NCBI GenBank assembly: GCA_963727895.1
Contig: CAVSHT010000004.1
Span: forward strand, 224,001 to 288,000
Direction: 5' to 3'
Source of the DNA: an uncultured Methanosarcinaceae archaeon
GTDB taxonomy: Archaea; Halobacteriota; Methanosarcinia; Methanosarcinales; Methanosarcinaceae
DNA length: 64,000 nucleotides
The notes under the pieces were generated by a model that searched no databases, had not been told where the DNA came from, and worked only from the letters and a program-made list of their open reading frames with translations. Positions 10,460 through 22,035 of this stretch are shown piece after piece. Each line of letters starts with the position of its first letter. The stretch's first letter is position 1. Position numbers and translations under genes: made by a program.

Positions 10460-11025
10460 TCACTCAAAGAGTTCTACCATGCTTTTTACACTTTTGAACA
10501 TCTCGACAATCATAGGCATGTTGCCATCTGGTTGTTCAAGGGTCGAATTGGCAGCTTCGATCATGCCGTATGGATATTCAAGGCTTTCGTTAATCTGTGC
10601 CATATTTTCATTTAAAGAAGCAAAATCATTTTCTGTTTCACTCAAATTTTCAGGGTCTGATTCCAGCATAGCAATTATGGAATTTGTTGTTGCTAGCCTG
10701 TATCTGTTCCTTCAATTGTAGGTTTCAGAAACGGATATTCTTCGACGCGAGAATTCATAAGTCCGTCTATAAGGTTAAGGTTAAGGTCAAGCATTTGAAG
10801 CATGGATGTAAGAAAACGAAAGTTCAGACCGATTTCCTGATTCTCCAGCTCATTTTCATTATACATTGATGCGAGATCTGTTTGATTACTTTCATTTTCT
10901 AAAACATTTCCCGTTTCATCAGCTAACGTTTCATCAGCTAAAGCTACAGAAGTTGAAATTGTTGATAGCACAAACAAGATGCTTACAGCTACTACATGAT
11001 AAAAAAACCTGGTCTCTATTTACAA
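10460..11025 (-). pseudogene. Secreted acidic hypothetical protein, nonsense codon 2 plus frameshift
   Basis: ggggag RBS, TTG-TAA-IETRFFYHVVAVSILFVLS signal peptide; ORFs 10693-10977 and 10460-10669 join at ~10695. Confidence 0.6.
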
Positions 11026-11333
11026 GAATCTCCCCACTAGTAATCCTTAAAACTTAATTAAATGTCCACTATGATAAAAAATAATCAAGTACGTCTATAA
11101 AAATATAATGAATGACCCTAAATATTTAATAAAGTATGAGACTTCAAAAAAATAAACATATTGTTATAAATGTCTTAAAACCAAGAAACCTCAATTTTTT
11201 AACTATTTGTTCATCTGAAAAGAAAAATAAAATTGCATTTTCAAAATATATTCATCTTCAATAAATTGAAAAAACACATTTTTGATCCATAATTCAGCAT
11301 TTTGACTCAGATCAGTATTTATAATAAATAAAT

Positions 11334-11410
11334 CAGCCCTCTTGAGCGAAGCGAAAAAGGCACCGCCCTCCCGAGACGGAACTCGGGTGACGGAACTCGG
11401 GAGGCGAAGC
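11334..11410 (+). repeat. GC-rich intergenic hairpin repeat element
   Basis: cgccctcccgag/ctcgggaggcg stem with internal gacggaactcggg duplication; related copy on minus strand at 21708-21770. Confidence 0.65.
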
Positions 11411-11529
11411 ATTTACATTGTAGTTGGACATACAATGCAGAAAGCTGACAAAATAAGCCAACAGAAAAACACTCAAAAATAAAAATAAAAATAAAACTAA
11501 AAATAAAAATAACAAATAGAGGAAAAGAA

Positions 11530-11997
11530 ATGGCTATATGGAAGGGAAAGAAAGTTGTTCTTCATACCACAATAGGCAATATAACAATCGAACTTTTTGA
11601 AGACATGCCAATTACAGCAGGAAATTTCGCAAAACTCGTAGAGAAAGGATTCTATGACGAAGTTATTTTCCATAGGGTAATCGACAAATTTATGATCCAG
11701 GGCGGAGATCCGACAGGCACAGGCATGGGTGGGCCAGGCTACGAGATCCCGGACGAATTCACAAACCATAACCGCAACGATAGGGGCACTATCTCTATGG
11801 CAAATGCAGGTCCAAACACAGGCGGCAGTCAGTTTTTTATTAACCTTGTGAACAATAGTCATCTTGACAAGATGCACCCTGTCTTTGGAAAAGTAGTAGA
11901 AGGCATGGATGTTATAGATTCTATCGCAAAAGTAAAAACTGACCGTCAGGACCGCCCGAAAACTGAAGTGAAGATAACAAAGGCTGAACTGGTCTGA
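11530..11997 (+). CDS. Cyclophilin-type peptidyl-prolyl cis-trans isomerase
   Basis: [48 protein letters not shown]. Confidence 0.97.
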   Translation: MAIWKGKKVVLHTTIGNITIELFEDMPITAGNFAKLVEKGFYDEVIFHRVIDKFMIQGGDPTGTGMGGPGYEIPDEFTNHNRNDRGTISMANAGPNTGGSQFFINLVNNSHLDKMHPVFGKVVEGMDVIDSIAKVKTDRQDRPKTEVKITKAELV

Positions 11998-12077
11998 AGC
12001 TTTTTGTATTTCAAGCAGTCTCTATTTTTACATTCTTTTTTCTAATTTTCCTTTTTCTAATTCTACTGATTTTTTTT

Positions 12078-12818
12078 GGCATTGGTAATTAAAAATAGGT
12101 ATATATGCTTATAACATATATTTCTTCATGAACTGCCCAAAATGTAATAGTTCCAGTCACAAAAAGAACGGTATAGTTGGCGGGCGTCAACGGTACAAAT
12201 GCTCTGATTGTGGCTATAACTATACAGTAGAGCTAAAATCAACTGCTTTTTCCACTTCTGTAAAAAGACAGGCTTTACAACTCTATCTTGAAGGATTGGG
12301 CTTTCGTTCAATAGGAAGAGTTTTAGGGGTGAGTCATGTTTTCTGTCCAAAGATGGATCAAGAAATTTGGTCAGGAGTTAGAGGACCTAAAAAGTGAAAG
12401 TGAGATATCTATTGTTGAAATGGATGAGATGCACACTTACATCGGTAACAAAAAAAATATTGCTGGATCTGGATTGCTGTTGATGGAGTTGGGAAAAAGT
12501 TCATCAACTGCTCTTTTGGCAGCAGAGGAACGGAAACTGGAAAACTACTCTGGGAAAAAGTGAAGAAAAAAGAGATTGGAGAAGTAATGACAGATCACTG
12601 GAGAGCATATGCAGAGTTTCTTCCAGAAAAGATCCATACTCAATCCAAAGCAGAAACGTATACTGTTGAAGGATATAACAGCATATTGAAGCATTTTCTG
12701 GCAAGATTGAGACGAAAGACAAAGTGTTATACAAAAAGTCTTGAAATGCTAAAGTACTCGGTTATTCTATTGATGAAATAAAGAAATAAAGAACTAGATA
12801 TAGTTAAGTAACAATACC
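12078..12818 (+). mobile_element. IS1-family element copy 4 (frameshifted)
   Basis: Ends ggcattggtaatt / aagtaacaatacc; extra T at ~12340 splits InsA; no target duplication. Confidence 0.93.
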
Positions 12819-13099
12819 TTAATTTTTAATTAAACAGTAATAAATGTCAGATCAAATGATCCAAAAGATTATAATAAACAAATATTATTTTGATTATGCT
12901 ATATTTAGTTGTGATCATTTTTCTGTATGCGTTATTTGTTAGAATATTTAAATTTTATAAAACTCTTCAAAAATGAGAAATACATATACTCTTTTAATAT
13001 CAATTAACATATAATATTTACAAAGAAGTAGTATGTAAGAAATATATTGAAAACCAATGATTTTTGACTTCATCAATCTCACCTTGGAAAGGAAACAAT

Positions 13100-13564
13100 A
13101 TGGAATACAGCTATGATCTTAAAGACAAGGATCTTTATATTGACGAGAATCAAATAAATGCTTATAGCCTGGAAAAAAATGAGATCGGTAATTGCTCTAA
13201 TTGCGATTCTATTCTTATGAGCTTCAGTTATCATACTGTAGAGGATAAAAATATAATCGTAACAAAATGCGCTTCTTGCGGAGCTTTTTATGCAAATATC
13301 TATGATTCCGACTGGAATTGGGTAGAAGAAGTCCATATATCTTTACTTCCAATACAAATTCTCATCAGCAACCAGAGAATTGATGATTTGGAGGGACTTA
13401 AATCAATTCCTATAAAAAAGCTTGAAGCTGTATTCTCTAAAGGAGAGATCGAAGCTCTTTTTTCTAGGGCTAAAAATGAAACTCCTATTCGCCAATATCT
13501 TTACAGGGCCCGAAAAAAATACAAACTCTTCGAAGAAATATTTGATACCAAGTTAGTATTTTAA
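13100..13564 (+). CDS. Hypothetical protein with two CxxC pairs and C-terminal HTH-like segment
   Basis: CSNC and CASC motifs; FSKGEIEALF...RQYLYRARKK helical C-terminus. Confidence 0.75.
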   Translation: MEYSYDLKDKDLYIDENQINAYSLEKNEIGNCSNCDSILMSFSYHTVEDKNIIVTKCASCGAFYANIYDSDWNWVEEVHISLLPIQILISNQRIDDLEGLKSIPIKKLEAVFSKGEIEALFSRAKNETPIRQYLYRARKKYKLFEEIFDTKLVF

Positions 13565-15469
13565 TAATGTTACAAAAATATTTTATTTTAGGAGGGGTGA
13601 ATTAGTAATAAAACATATATTTGCAAAGTATTATTATATTAATACATCAAAACTAATGTGTAATATGTATGTAATATATTATCACTGTTACGATTTTTAC
13701 AGTATAAGCAGATATTTAGAATATATAAATATGTGATGTTAAATATTTGTTTTTGTATACTCAAAGATGTCACACAATTTAATCATTATAGATTCTATGG
13801 TTATTTGTAATTATTCTAATTAGTAAGTCCATAGTATTTCACTGAAAAAGTAGTATATAAATATAGGCATATATAAACCATGCGATATCAAGAACTTATT
13901 GTTAAAATTACAAGAAAGAAATACTTTTTCAGGCAAATTTTATCTGTTGATATTATCTTTAACATTGTTTAGGAACAAATCTGGGTATACAAAACCTGCT
14001 TTTACTAATAATTATTGGTAATATTTATACCCCCTATACATAATCATAATATGTTCTTATATTATTTGCTTTTTGAACCTATTTTTATGCAACATATCGT
14101 AAATTGGAAAATCATTCCTATACTTCATAAGAATATGTGACAATACTTTTCAAATATCAGTTTTATGGTCTACTTTTGTAAAGTCAACTATTCCAAATTA
14201 TATATGAATATGAGGTATTTGGTCGATAACCGCCCCATTAAACGTAAAAAGAGATGTAAGGAAATTAAATAAAGGATATAATGGTGTCTATTCATATAAC
14301 ATATAAGAATATAGGAATATTACAATATTCTTTTCTAAACAAGTATATTGCATAAAAAATAGTCAAATGATATAAACTATTAATAATGTTTCATTAACTA
14401 TCTACATTTATATCTAATTATTACTATAGGAATACATATTAGTTCAACAAACAAAGTATACCCTAATTACTCAGAAAGATATATTATAAATATATTCAAA
14501 TAATACCGAAACATTTACATTATGTAATTAAGTGAATAATGCCCAAAAAGTTAATAAAATTCCGCATGTGATTTTGGATCTTTTTAACGTAACAAGCATT
14601 ATGTTTAAAATATACTTTATAGTAGAGGGCATCTAAAGTATAATACATTATATATTATAACTTAGTTTTAAAGTATTAACTTAATAAGTAATCAATTTGT
14701 ATATATAAATAAAAAGATATGTTTTTTAATAGCATGATATTTAAAAATGCCATAACTAATTACGAATAATATATATATAACAATATGTCATTGAATATAA
14801 TTATTAAAGTATAAGTAATGGCAAAATATACTTAAATACTAATTATTTAATATATATTATGTCCTCTAAAATAGATAGCACTTTTTTGCAAATCGTAAAT
14901 TAGATATAATACATTATATACAATACATAATTGGAGGTATAGTAGGACATTAAACCACAGTACTAAATTAAAAACAAATATATTAATAAAAAGATATAAT
15001 TTTGTGCATCAAAAAAACAGGTTACACAATAGTAATATGCAGTTACACGGAGCTAAATTATACTTATGTAATATATGAATATATTTATAAAATAAAACTG
15101 TACTTAGAACATCTAGACTTACTTAAACAAAAATATCTCAAAAAGAATATTACCCATATATAATCCTATTTTTCTCAATATAATTATTTAATATAAAAAA
15201 TAATAATCACGGATTATATTTAGCAATTGACAATATATTGACAAAGAACTAATATAGATAGTGAGTAGCATTTATTCTATAATTTCTATTTTTAAATATA
15301 CTAAAAACAGATCAATATATATGTTTTCAAAAAATATAACCTGATTTTGAAATATATGTAGTTTACACTATTTATCAAAATATAAAATTATATATCTTTT
15401 AACAATATCTAACTCGACATTGATGATTTAAAAATAACATTGATTCTAAAATAACTGAGGGACTTTATT

Positions 15470-16022
15470 ATGCTTGAAAAAATCGATTTATCAAAAACAA
15501 TAACCATTGATGAAATATAAGAAAAACGAGAAATTACTAAAAGCCAAACTTGGAGAACTGCAACGAAAAGCTTGAAAATTAAAAATACTTGTTGTTCTTG
15601 TTTTCGAAGGCTGGCACTTTTCAGGAATGGTTGAGAATATTAATCGTTTTATCCTTACACTTGACCCCCATGAATACGATTTTCATACAATAACAATGTC
15701 CTGTAACGAAGAGTTTCTCAAACCTTTATTATGTGTTTCTGGTCCAGTATTCCTGTGAAAGGAAAAATTGGAATTTTTGATAGAAGTTGGTACAGCAGGG
15801 CAACAATAGAATGTTTTAGAAAAGAAAAGTCCGAAGAAAAAATGGAAAATTACTGACAAAGACTAGCGAAATAGATGTCGGTGGGATGATTATAAAATTG
15901 CAGTCGACGAGATGCTTCAAAAAACAAGTACAATAAATGATCCTTGGATTGTTGTAGAAGCTAATGACAAGCGATACTCCATAATCAAAGTCATGAAAAC
16001 AACTGTTGAAGCGCTTGAATAA
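15470..16022 (+). pseudogene. ppk2: Polyphosphate kinase 2 family relic (frameshifts, stops, internal deletion)
   Basis: Manual reading: MLEKIDLSK, VVLVFEGW, LDP, GKIGIFDRSWYSR, RWDDYKIAVDEMLQKTST..PWIVVEANDKRY. Confidence 0.85.
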
Positions 16023-16399
16023 GCGATTTTGAGTTTTGGGATCGGCTCAATAATTTACATAAGAATTTAATAAAAAACTAAAATCCAAAGAAGTTGTATA
16101 AGTAAGTCATTAATCATTCAGAAAAGCAAGTAAATCTTTTAAATGGGGGATAATTATAAAGATTTACATGTTGTATGTGTACTTATGCTAATGGTTTTTC
16201 AAATACTCACAATCAGTGTCTAAATAAATTTAACAACTAGGCAAAGTTTTTTAATATATGCAATACTTGTTATAATATAATATTTTACAATTTATTTCTT
16301 TCAGGTTATTTCTTTTTCGAAATATCCAGGTTATATATTATGTAACTGGCCTTAAACATACTCAGAAAAAGTAAGCTTATTCTTGCATTTTCAAGGTAA

Positions 16400-16816
16400 C
16401 TATCGAGAAGTAGCTCTCTTTTTTTCAAGAATTACCCATAATTTCTCACATTCACTGGATGTCAGCCCAATTTGATTGATTAGATATTCTTCCGTTTTCT
16501 GGTTTTTCACCGTACCTTTTATCAAATGACTAATAGTATCTCTGTGATGTCCTGTTATTCGTTCAATACTTCGTATCCCATTCTTTTCAAGAAAAAGCCG
16601 ATATATCAACTTTATCTCGTCAGCGGATAGGTGCTTGCGATAAACAGAGGTGCCTATTGTTTCCATAAAAAATTTTCCACAATGTTTGCAATAGTACCTC
16701 TGGTGACCCGTTCTATACTTTCCCCGCTTTATTACTGCTTTCCCTTCTGTCTTAAGATAATATACACATTCGGGGTTTGGGCATACAATTTTCTCACTGA
16801 TGGTATCAACTGACAT
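16400..16816 (-). CDS. Stand-alone IS1 InsA-like Zn-ribbon + HTH protein without catalytic domain
   Basis: CPNPEC, GHQRYYCKHCGKFF, GIRSIERITGHHRDTI; no InsB or inverted repeats seen. Confidence 0.75.
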   Translation of the reverse strand: MSVDTISEKIVCPNPECVYYLKTEGKAVIKRGKYRTGHQRYYCKHCGKFFMETIGTSVYRKHLSADEIKLIYRLFLEKNGIRSIERITGHHRDTISHLIKGTVKNQKTEEYLINQIGLTSSECEKLWVILEKKRATSR

Positions 16817-17412
16817 AATATGATAAAGATGTTGTAACTTCTGTAATATATTTATTTTGCTCGGTTCAAATTTAGCTACTCTAGTTCAAACAGAATAGTT
16901 AAACACAAAGACAATCGTTATTTAAAACTATAGTAGATTAACTCATATTATTATATAAAAATATTACATATAATTTTGTAAAACTATTTAATAGTTGAGT
17001 TTACACAAAAATAATCATAAAAAAGTTTTAAAATTTCACCAAAATTTCCCCCTTGATTATCACCTTATATTCATCTATTACCCTGCTAGCAAAACATGTT
17101 TCTCTAAAATCCATGTTGCCAAATAATATTAACCAATTTTCATTGTTTTATGTAGTTCCTTTATGTAGTTCCTTATTGTGTTAATTTAAAAAATAGCCTC
17201 TACACTTCTTGAAACAATATTAAAAAAGGAGCAAACGTTAATATGTTCTCAAAAATGTAAAGTATCTTAGGATTTTTAAGTAAAACAATATGTTAATTTT
17301 TTATAAAAAGATAATTTTTATAAAGTTGATAGTTTGAGAATTCAACAGCAAAATTTAGTGGTAAAAAGGATACAGAGTCGATCATATAATCTATTTATAT
17401 TATAATATAATC

Positions 17413-17555
17413 CATTTGTATTCGGTTAAGGAGTCTGTTAACGTTATAATGACTACTGCAATAATCTATGCATCTCGATTTACATTTATAGGTTTACAGA
17501 AATGGCAACAAAGATAACACATTTTTATAGATCGTATCTTAACCGAATACAAATG
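17413..17555. mobile_element. 143-bp MITE, perfect 18-bp TIR, 10-bp target duplication
   Basis: catttgtattcggttaag (17413-17430) / cttaaccgaatacaaatg (17538-17555); TAATATAATC at 17403-17412 and 17556-17565. Confidence 0.88.
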
Positions 17556-17704
17556 TAATATAATCTATTTATATTATAAAATTTGTCGGTTAAATTTGTT
17601 AATTTTAAAATAATTATGCCTGTGCAGAAGCTTAAAAAGTTTTTTAGTTTTTGTTTGCTTCATCATCAATTAAATTTATTTATTATAAAGAGCCAGTTAC
17701 TCCC

Positions 17705-19000
17705 ATGACCGGGATGTCTGGTAATGAAAATCATCCGATGACCGTTTCGGAAAAGATATTTTCGAAGGCCTCCGGAAGTCCCGTAAAAGCTGGAGATTTC
17801 GTGCTGGCAAATATAGACCTGGCAATGACTCATGATATTACAGGTCCGCTGGCAGTCCAAGGCTTTTACGAGATTATGAAGGATAGAGAAGAGAAAAAAG
17901 TATGGGACCCGAAGAAAATAGTGATCGTATTCGATCACCAGGTTCCTGCGGATTCTATTAATGCCACAGCAAATCATATCATGCTTCGAAAGTTTGCTAA
18001 AGAACAGGGCATTTTGAATTATGATGTATATGAAGGAGTTTGCCACCAGGTTCTTCCAGAAAAAGGGCATGTGTTGCCAGGAAACCTTATAGTCGGTTCT
18101 GATTCGCATACCTGTGCTTATGGTGCTCTGGGCGCATTTTCTACAGGTATAGGGTCTACAGATATGGCTGCCGTTTTTGCCACTGGCAAACTCTGGTTCA
18201 GGGTACCTGAAACTTTCCGCTTTGAAGTAGAAGGCAACCTGCCAAGACGCGCTTACTCGAAGGACCTTATTCTCCATCTGATAGGCGACGTAGGGGTAGA
18301 AGGTGCCAGATATATGGCAGCCGAGTTTGGAGGTTCAACAATTCGCTCGCTTTCTATTCCCGAAAGAATGACTATGTCTAACATGGCAATTGAGATGGGA
18401 GGAAAGGCAGGAATTATCGAAGCCGATGAAATGACTGTAGATTATCTGAAAGAGCGGATTCTTTATTACGAATTTGACCCATATTGGAAATCCGATAAAG
18501 ATGCCAAATATGCTGAAGTCCGCCACTATAATATCTCTGACCTGGAGCCTCAGGTAGCCTGTCCCCATCACGTGGATAACGTAAAACCCGTAACCGAGGT
18601 AGAGGGTACTAAACTGGACCAGATCTTTGTGGGTTCCTGTACAAATGGAAGGTTCGAAGATATTAAGCTCATGGCCGACATAATGGGTGATGAACCAGTT
18701 GCAAAGGGCACCCGCTTGCTTGTTGTCCCAGCTTCAAGGACTGAGTATATGAAACTCCTTAAAGCAGGGTATATAGAAAAACTCATGAACGCAGGTGCAA
18801 TTGTAGAATTCCCATGCTGTGGGCCCTGTATGGGAGGCTCTTTCGGCTTGCTTGGAGCAGGAGAGGTAGGCCTTGCGACATCGAACCGCAACTTCAAGGG
18901 CAGAGAAGGAAGTCCGGAGTCTTTTGTATATCTATCTTCCCCAGCAACTGCAGGAGCATCAGCTCTTACTGGAGAGATCACTGATCCAAGGAAGGTTTGA
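17705..19000 (+). CDS. leuC: 3-isopropylmalate dehydratase/homoaconitase large subunit (LeuC/HacA family)
   Basis: [43 protein letters not shown]; paralog (leuC vs hacA/aksD) and exact start not resolvable. Confidence 0.9.
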   Translation: MTGMSGNENHPMTVSEKIFSKASGSPVKAGDFVLANIDLAMTHDITGPLAVQGFYEIMKDREEKKVWDPKKIVIVFDHQVPADSINATANHIMLRKFAKEQGILNYDVYEGVCHQVLPEKGHVLPGNLIVGSDSHTCAYGALGAFSTGIGSTDMAAVFATGKLWFRVPETFRFEVEGNLPRRAYSKDLILHLIGDVGVEGARYMAAEFGGSTIRSLSIPERMTMSNMAIEMGGKAGIIEADEMTVDYLKERILYYEFDPYWKSDKDAKYAEVRHYNISDLEPQVACPHHVDNVKPVTEVEGTKLDQIFVGSCTNGRFEDIKLMADIMGDEPVAKGTRLLVVPASRTEYMKLLKAGYIEKLMNAGAIVEFPCCGPCMGGSFGLLGAGEVGLATSNRNFKGREGSPESFVYLSSPATAGASALTGEITDPRKV

Positions 19001-19086
19001 AGAGCCTTCTGATTTTACTTTTTTAGATATATTCTTCAATTAAATTTTGTAATTATTTATCCATGTTTAATTAAACAGGTGTTATA

Positions 19087-19401
19087 ATGCCGGATGCTGA
19101 CCTATCAATCTTTAACAGGGTATATGAAATCATCCTGGACCGAAAACAGAACTATGACGAACGTTCATACGTTTGCAAGCTTTTGAACCATCGAAAAGGT
19201 ATGAATAAGATTCTTGAAAAAGTAGGAGAAGAATCAATTGAAACAATTCTTGCAGTCAGAAACGAAAACCATGAAGAGATTATTTATGAAAGTTCAGATC
19301 TTATTTTCCACCTTCTGGTGTTACTTGCGGCAAATAATATTACTCTTGATGAAATCGCGGCCGAACTCAGCGCCCGACATGAAAGTATGAAGAGGGATTA
19401 A
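19087..19401 (+). CDS. hisE: Phosphoribosyl-ATP diphosphatase
   Basis: [30 protein letters not shown]. Confidence 0.95.
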   Translation: MPDADLSIFNRVYEIILDRKQNYDERSYVCKLLNHRKGMNKILEKVGEESIETILAVRNENHEEIIYESSDLIFHLLVLLAANNITLDEIAAELSARHESMKRD

Positions 19402-19469
19402 AGCCTGGAGGTTTTTACCTCCAAGTTTGAGATTATATACTTTCAAATATTAATTCGTTCAAAATTCTT

Positions 19470-20345
19470 TCAATATACTGCCAATTCGTTAAGGACATCT
19501 GTTTTTGACAATGTGCCTTTGGGTACGCCATTAATTGTTACAACAAGTCGTCCTACATTGTACTTATGGAAAAGTTTTACAACATCATATAATTGCATAT
19601 CTCCATCAACTGTTATGAGTTCTTTTGTCATAATATCTTTAACTTTCACATTTGGTTTGCCCTGAGCAATTGCATGGGCAATATCTGTATAAGTAATGAT
19701 CCCTACCATTTTTCCTTTATCTTCCACAGGAGCCCCATGAGTATTGTTCCTGATAAAAAGTCTCGTTGCTTCTTGAATACTTGCATTTAGGTTCACAAGC
19801 ATAGGAGGGTATTTCATATAATGTTTGACATGTTTCTTGGGGAGAGAGATCATTTCTGTAATATTGAAAAGAATAGAATTGTTAGTGTCATCTCTTCCTG
19901 TAACTTCTCCCCGTATTATCAGGCGGTTTACAGGTGTAGGTCCTACCTGAAGCTTATCTTCCATCGCAAATTCTTTTGTGTTTCCGATTACTCGGATGAC
20001 TCCACTACAGGCATCTGGACTCCGAACGGTCGTAAAACTAATTTCAGCAGCGGTAGCCCCATTAACAGGCACACTATTTCTGTAAAGGGGAACTACTGAC
20101 TCATTTTTCAATTGTTGAATTTTTAATGCGTCATATGCTGCTCCTGTGGGTTTATAGCCTCCTTTTGGCCCAGGAACTCCTTCAACAAGCCCCAGTGCCT
20201 TTAATAACTGCATCTGATTGCGGATAGTTCCAGGATTGCGCTTGATGACCTCAGCTATTTCTTCCCCTTTAATTGCTCGGTCTTTTTGTCGCTGAAGATT
20301 GATTAATGAAAGAATAATGTCTTTTTGAATAGGAGTGAGTTCCAT
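19470..20345 (-). CDS. HrcA-like winged-helix + tandem CBS domain regulator
   Basis: GEEIAEVIKRNPGTIRNQMQLLKALGLVEGVPGPKGGY; two C-terminal CBS repeats. Confidence 0.88.
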   Translation of the reverse strand: MELTPIQKDIILSLINLQRQKDRAIKGEEIAEVIKRNPGTIRNQMQLLKALGLVEGVPGPKGGYKPTGAAYDALKIQQLKNESVVPLYRNSVPVNGATAAEISFTTVRSPDACSGVIRVIGNTKEFAMEDKLQVGPTPVNRLIIRGEVTGRDDTNNSILFNITEMISLPKKHVKHYMKYPPMLVNLNASIQEATRLFIRNNTHGAPVEDKGKMVGIITYTDIAHAIAQGKPNVKVKDIMTKELITVDGDMQLYDVVKLFHKYNVGRLVVTINGVPKGTLSKTDVLNELAVY

Positions 20346-20702
20346 ACTACCACCATTAATTTCATATACTTTATAAGGATGATGTATATTATTTATAACG
20401 ATAATGTAAGTTAGTGCATATATTTACCATAATTAATGATTATAAATCTTATTACAAATTATTATTACAAATATAAAAAGAGTCCGGTCCTGTTTCAAAT
20501 ATCTATTTGATTTATACTATATATAGAGTTTATTACCAGCATTTGTCATTGTAAAACTAAAAACCGAGCAATAAATTTCCTCTAAGGGAATCACCTTCAG
20601 GAATTTCTGCGAGCCTCTTGCTTGCATATTTGTTTTGTTAAAGTTTTATTTCATATATAATAATGTTTATATAATTTAGCAGAGTTCCCAAAGGGTTAGA
20701 AT

Positions 20703-21707
20703 ATGATGATCTTCGAGAAAATCCATACAGTTCCTACTTCTGAGGAATTAATAAATAAAGCTTTTAAACGATCCGCACGAGCTATGTCCGGAAAAACAAT
20801 AGAAAACAAGGAAAGCAGACTCAGAGCTAATGAATCCATGCTGTTGACAGCTGCAAACATTCTAACGGATAATCTTGCAAACATAGTCCGGCGGTTCCCT
20901 AGTTTTGAACGATTGCCCAGATTCTATTATGAACTAACTGATATTTTAGTTGGAGTGGAAAAACTCAAGATGTCACTTGCATCTGCGGATTGGGCCAGCA
21001 GAAAGATCCATGAAGTTGCAAGGATGTACGTTGGAAAAATCCGAGATTCCGAGATTCCCGAGCCTATCCGAAAAGAAGCTTTTGGAAGACTTGCTTCGAT
21101 CATTAAATCTATTAATAAGGAGCTTCTCTTCCTCAATGAAGCAAGAAATATCTTGCGGAAACTCCCTGATGTCCAGGAAGAGCCTACAATAGTAATTGCT
21201 GGCTATCCTAATGTTGGAAAATCAAGCTTTGTCTCAAAAATTACAGGTGCAAGTCCAGAAATTGCACCTTATCCTTTTACAACAAAAGGAGTAACAATCG
21301 GGCATTTTACTCGAAACGGAGTGCGTTATCAGGTTATGGATACTCCGGGTCTTCTTGATCGTCCTATGTCCGAGAGAAACGATATCGAAAAGCAGGCAAT
21401 GACTGCGATCCATTACCTTGATGCAGTTGTAATGTTTATGATTGATCCAAGTGAAAGCTGTGGATACGAAATCGAAGACCAGAAGCGTTTACTTGCAGAA
21501 ATTAAGGAGAACTTCAAGCTTCCCATACTTGTGGTTGCGAACAAGGTTGACAGATCTGAATTCCAGAAGCTAGAAGAAATAGAATTTAATATTTCAACAG
21601 TTACCGAAAAAGGAATCGAAGAAGTAATGGACAGACTCCTAGAAATGATTGAAGAAAAACGAATTTCTTCATCTTCTGAAGAGCCAGATACAGAGCATGC
21701 AGTCTGA
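20703..21707 (+). CDS. NOG1-family GTP-binding protein
   Basis: GYPNVGKSS, YPFTTK, DTPGLLDRP, NKVD; N-terminal helical domain. Confidence 0.95.
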   Translation: MMIFEKIHTVPTSEELINKAFKRSARAMSGKTIENKESRLRANESMLLTAANILTDNLANIVRRFPSFERLPRFYYELTDILVGVEKLKMSLASADWASRKIHEVARMYVGKIRDSEIPEPIRKEAFGRLASIIKSINKELLFLNEARNILRKLPDVQEEPTIVIAGYPNVGKSSFVSKITGASPEIAPYPFTTKGVTIGHFTRNGVRYQVMDTPGLLDRPMSERNDIEKQAMTAIHYLDAVVMFMIDPSESCGYEIEDQKRLLAEIKENFKLPILVVANKVDRSEFQKLEEIEFNISTVTEKGIEEVMDRLLEMIEEKRISSSSEEPDTEHAV

Positions 21708-21770
21708 CCGCCCGAGTCATTTCTCAGGAGGACAACGTCCTTTTCACTCACTTACTTTGCTCAAGTGAAC
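21708..21770 (-). repeat. Second copy of GC-rich hairpin repeat family
   Basis: Reverse complement cttgagcaaag...gaaaaggac...ctcctgaga...actcgggcgg resembles 11334-11410. Confidence 0.55.
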
Positions 21771-21892
21771 TATAGTCATTTACGCAAAGAATTACACTTG
21801 AAATTTAACGGGCCCATTTTTTGATCCGAAGAATATTGTGTTTCTAGTTCGTGATGAGAACCCAAGTGTAAATAGTTGCGTTCAAGACTATA
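21771..21892. mobile_element. ~120-bp MITE with imperfect 30-bp terminal inverted repeats
   Basis: tatagtcatttacgcaaagaattacacttg versus reverse complement of right end tatagtcttgaacgcaactatttacacttg (24/30). Confidence 0.75.
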
Positions 21893-22035
21893 ATTAAGCA
21901 TAAATAAAAACGCGGGGTTTAACTAAAGAAGAGGACTAATTTGGGAGAAATGCAAACAGTTCTTTAATTTATTCGGTATCTATTTAGAATATATATTTAA
22001 CTATTTAGTGTGTGTGAAAATTTAGGTTTTTTGAA

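Noticed and set aside
10681..10695. Pyrrolysine read-through at TAG (also 16400, 39993, ~47452)
   Set aside because: Downstream coding continues in a different frame or stops within a few codons; the IS1 case is an otherwise dead copy
8508..12818. Invertible segment or composite transposon between inverted IS1 copies 3 and 4
   Set aside because: Copy 3 retains its own TSD, so it inserted independently and has not recombined
13565..15469. Replication origin
   Set aside because: No recognisable ORB repeats or cdc6/orc1 gene; kept only as unexplained AT-rich tract
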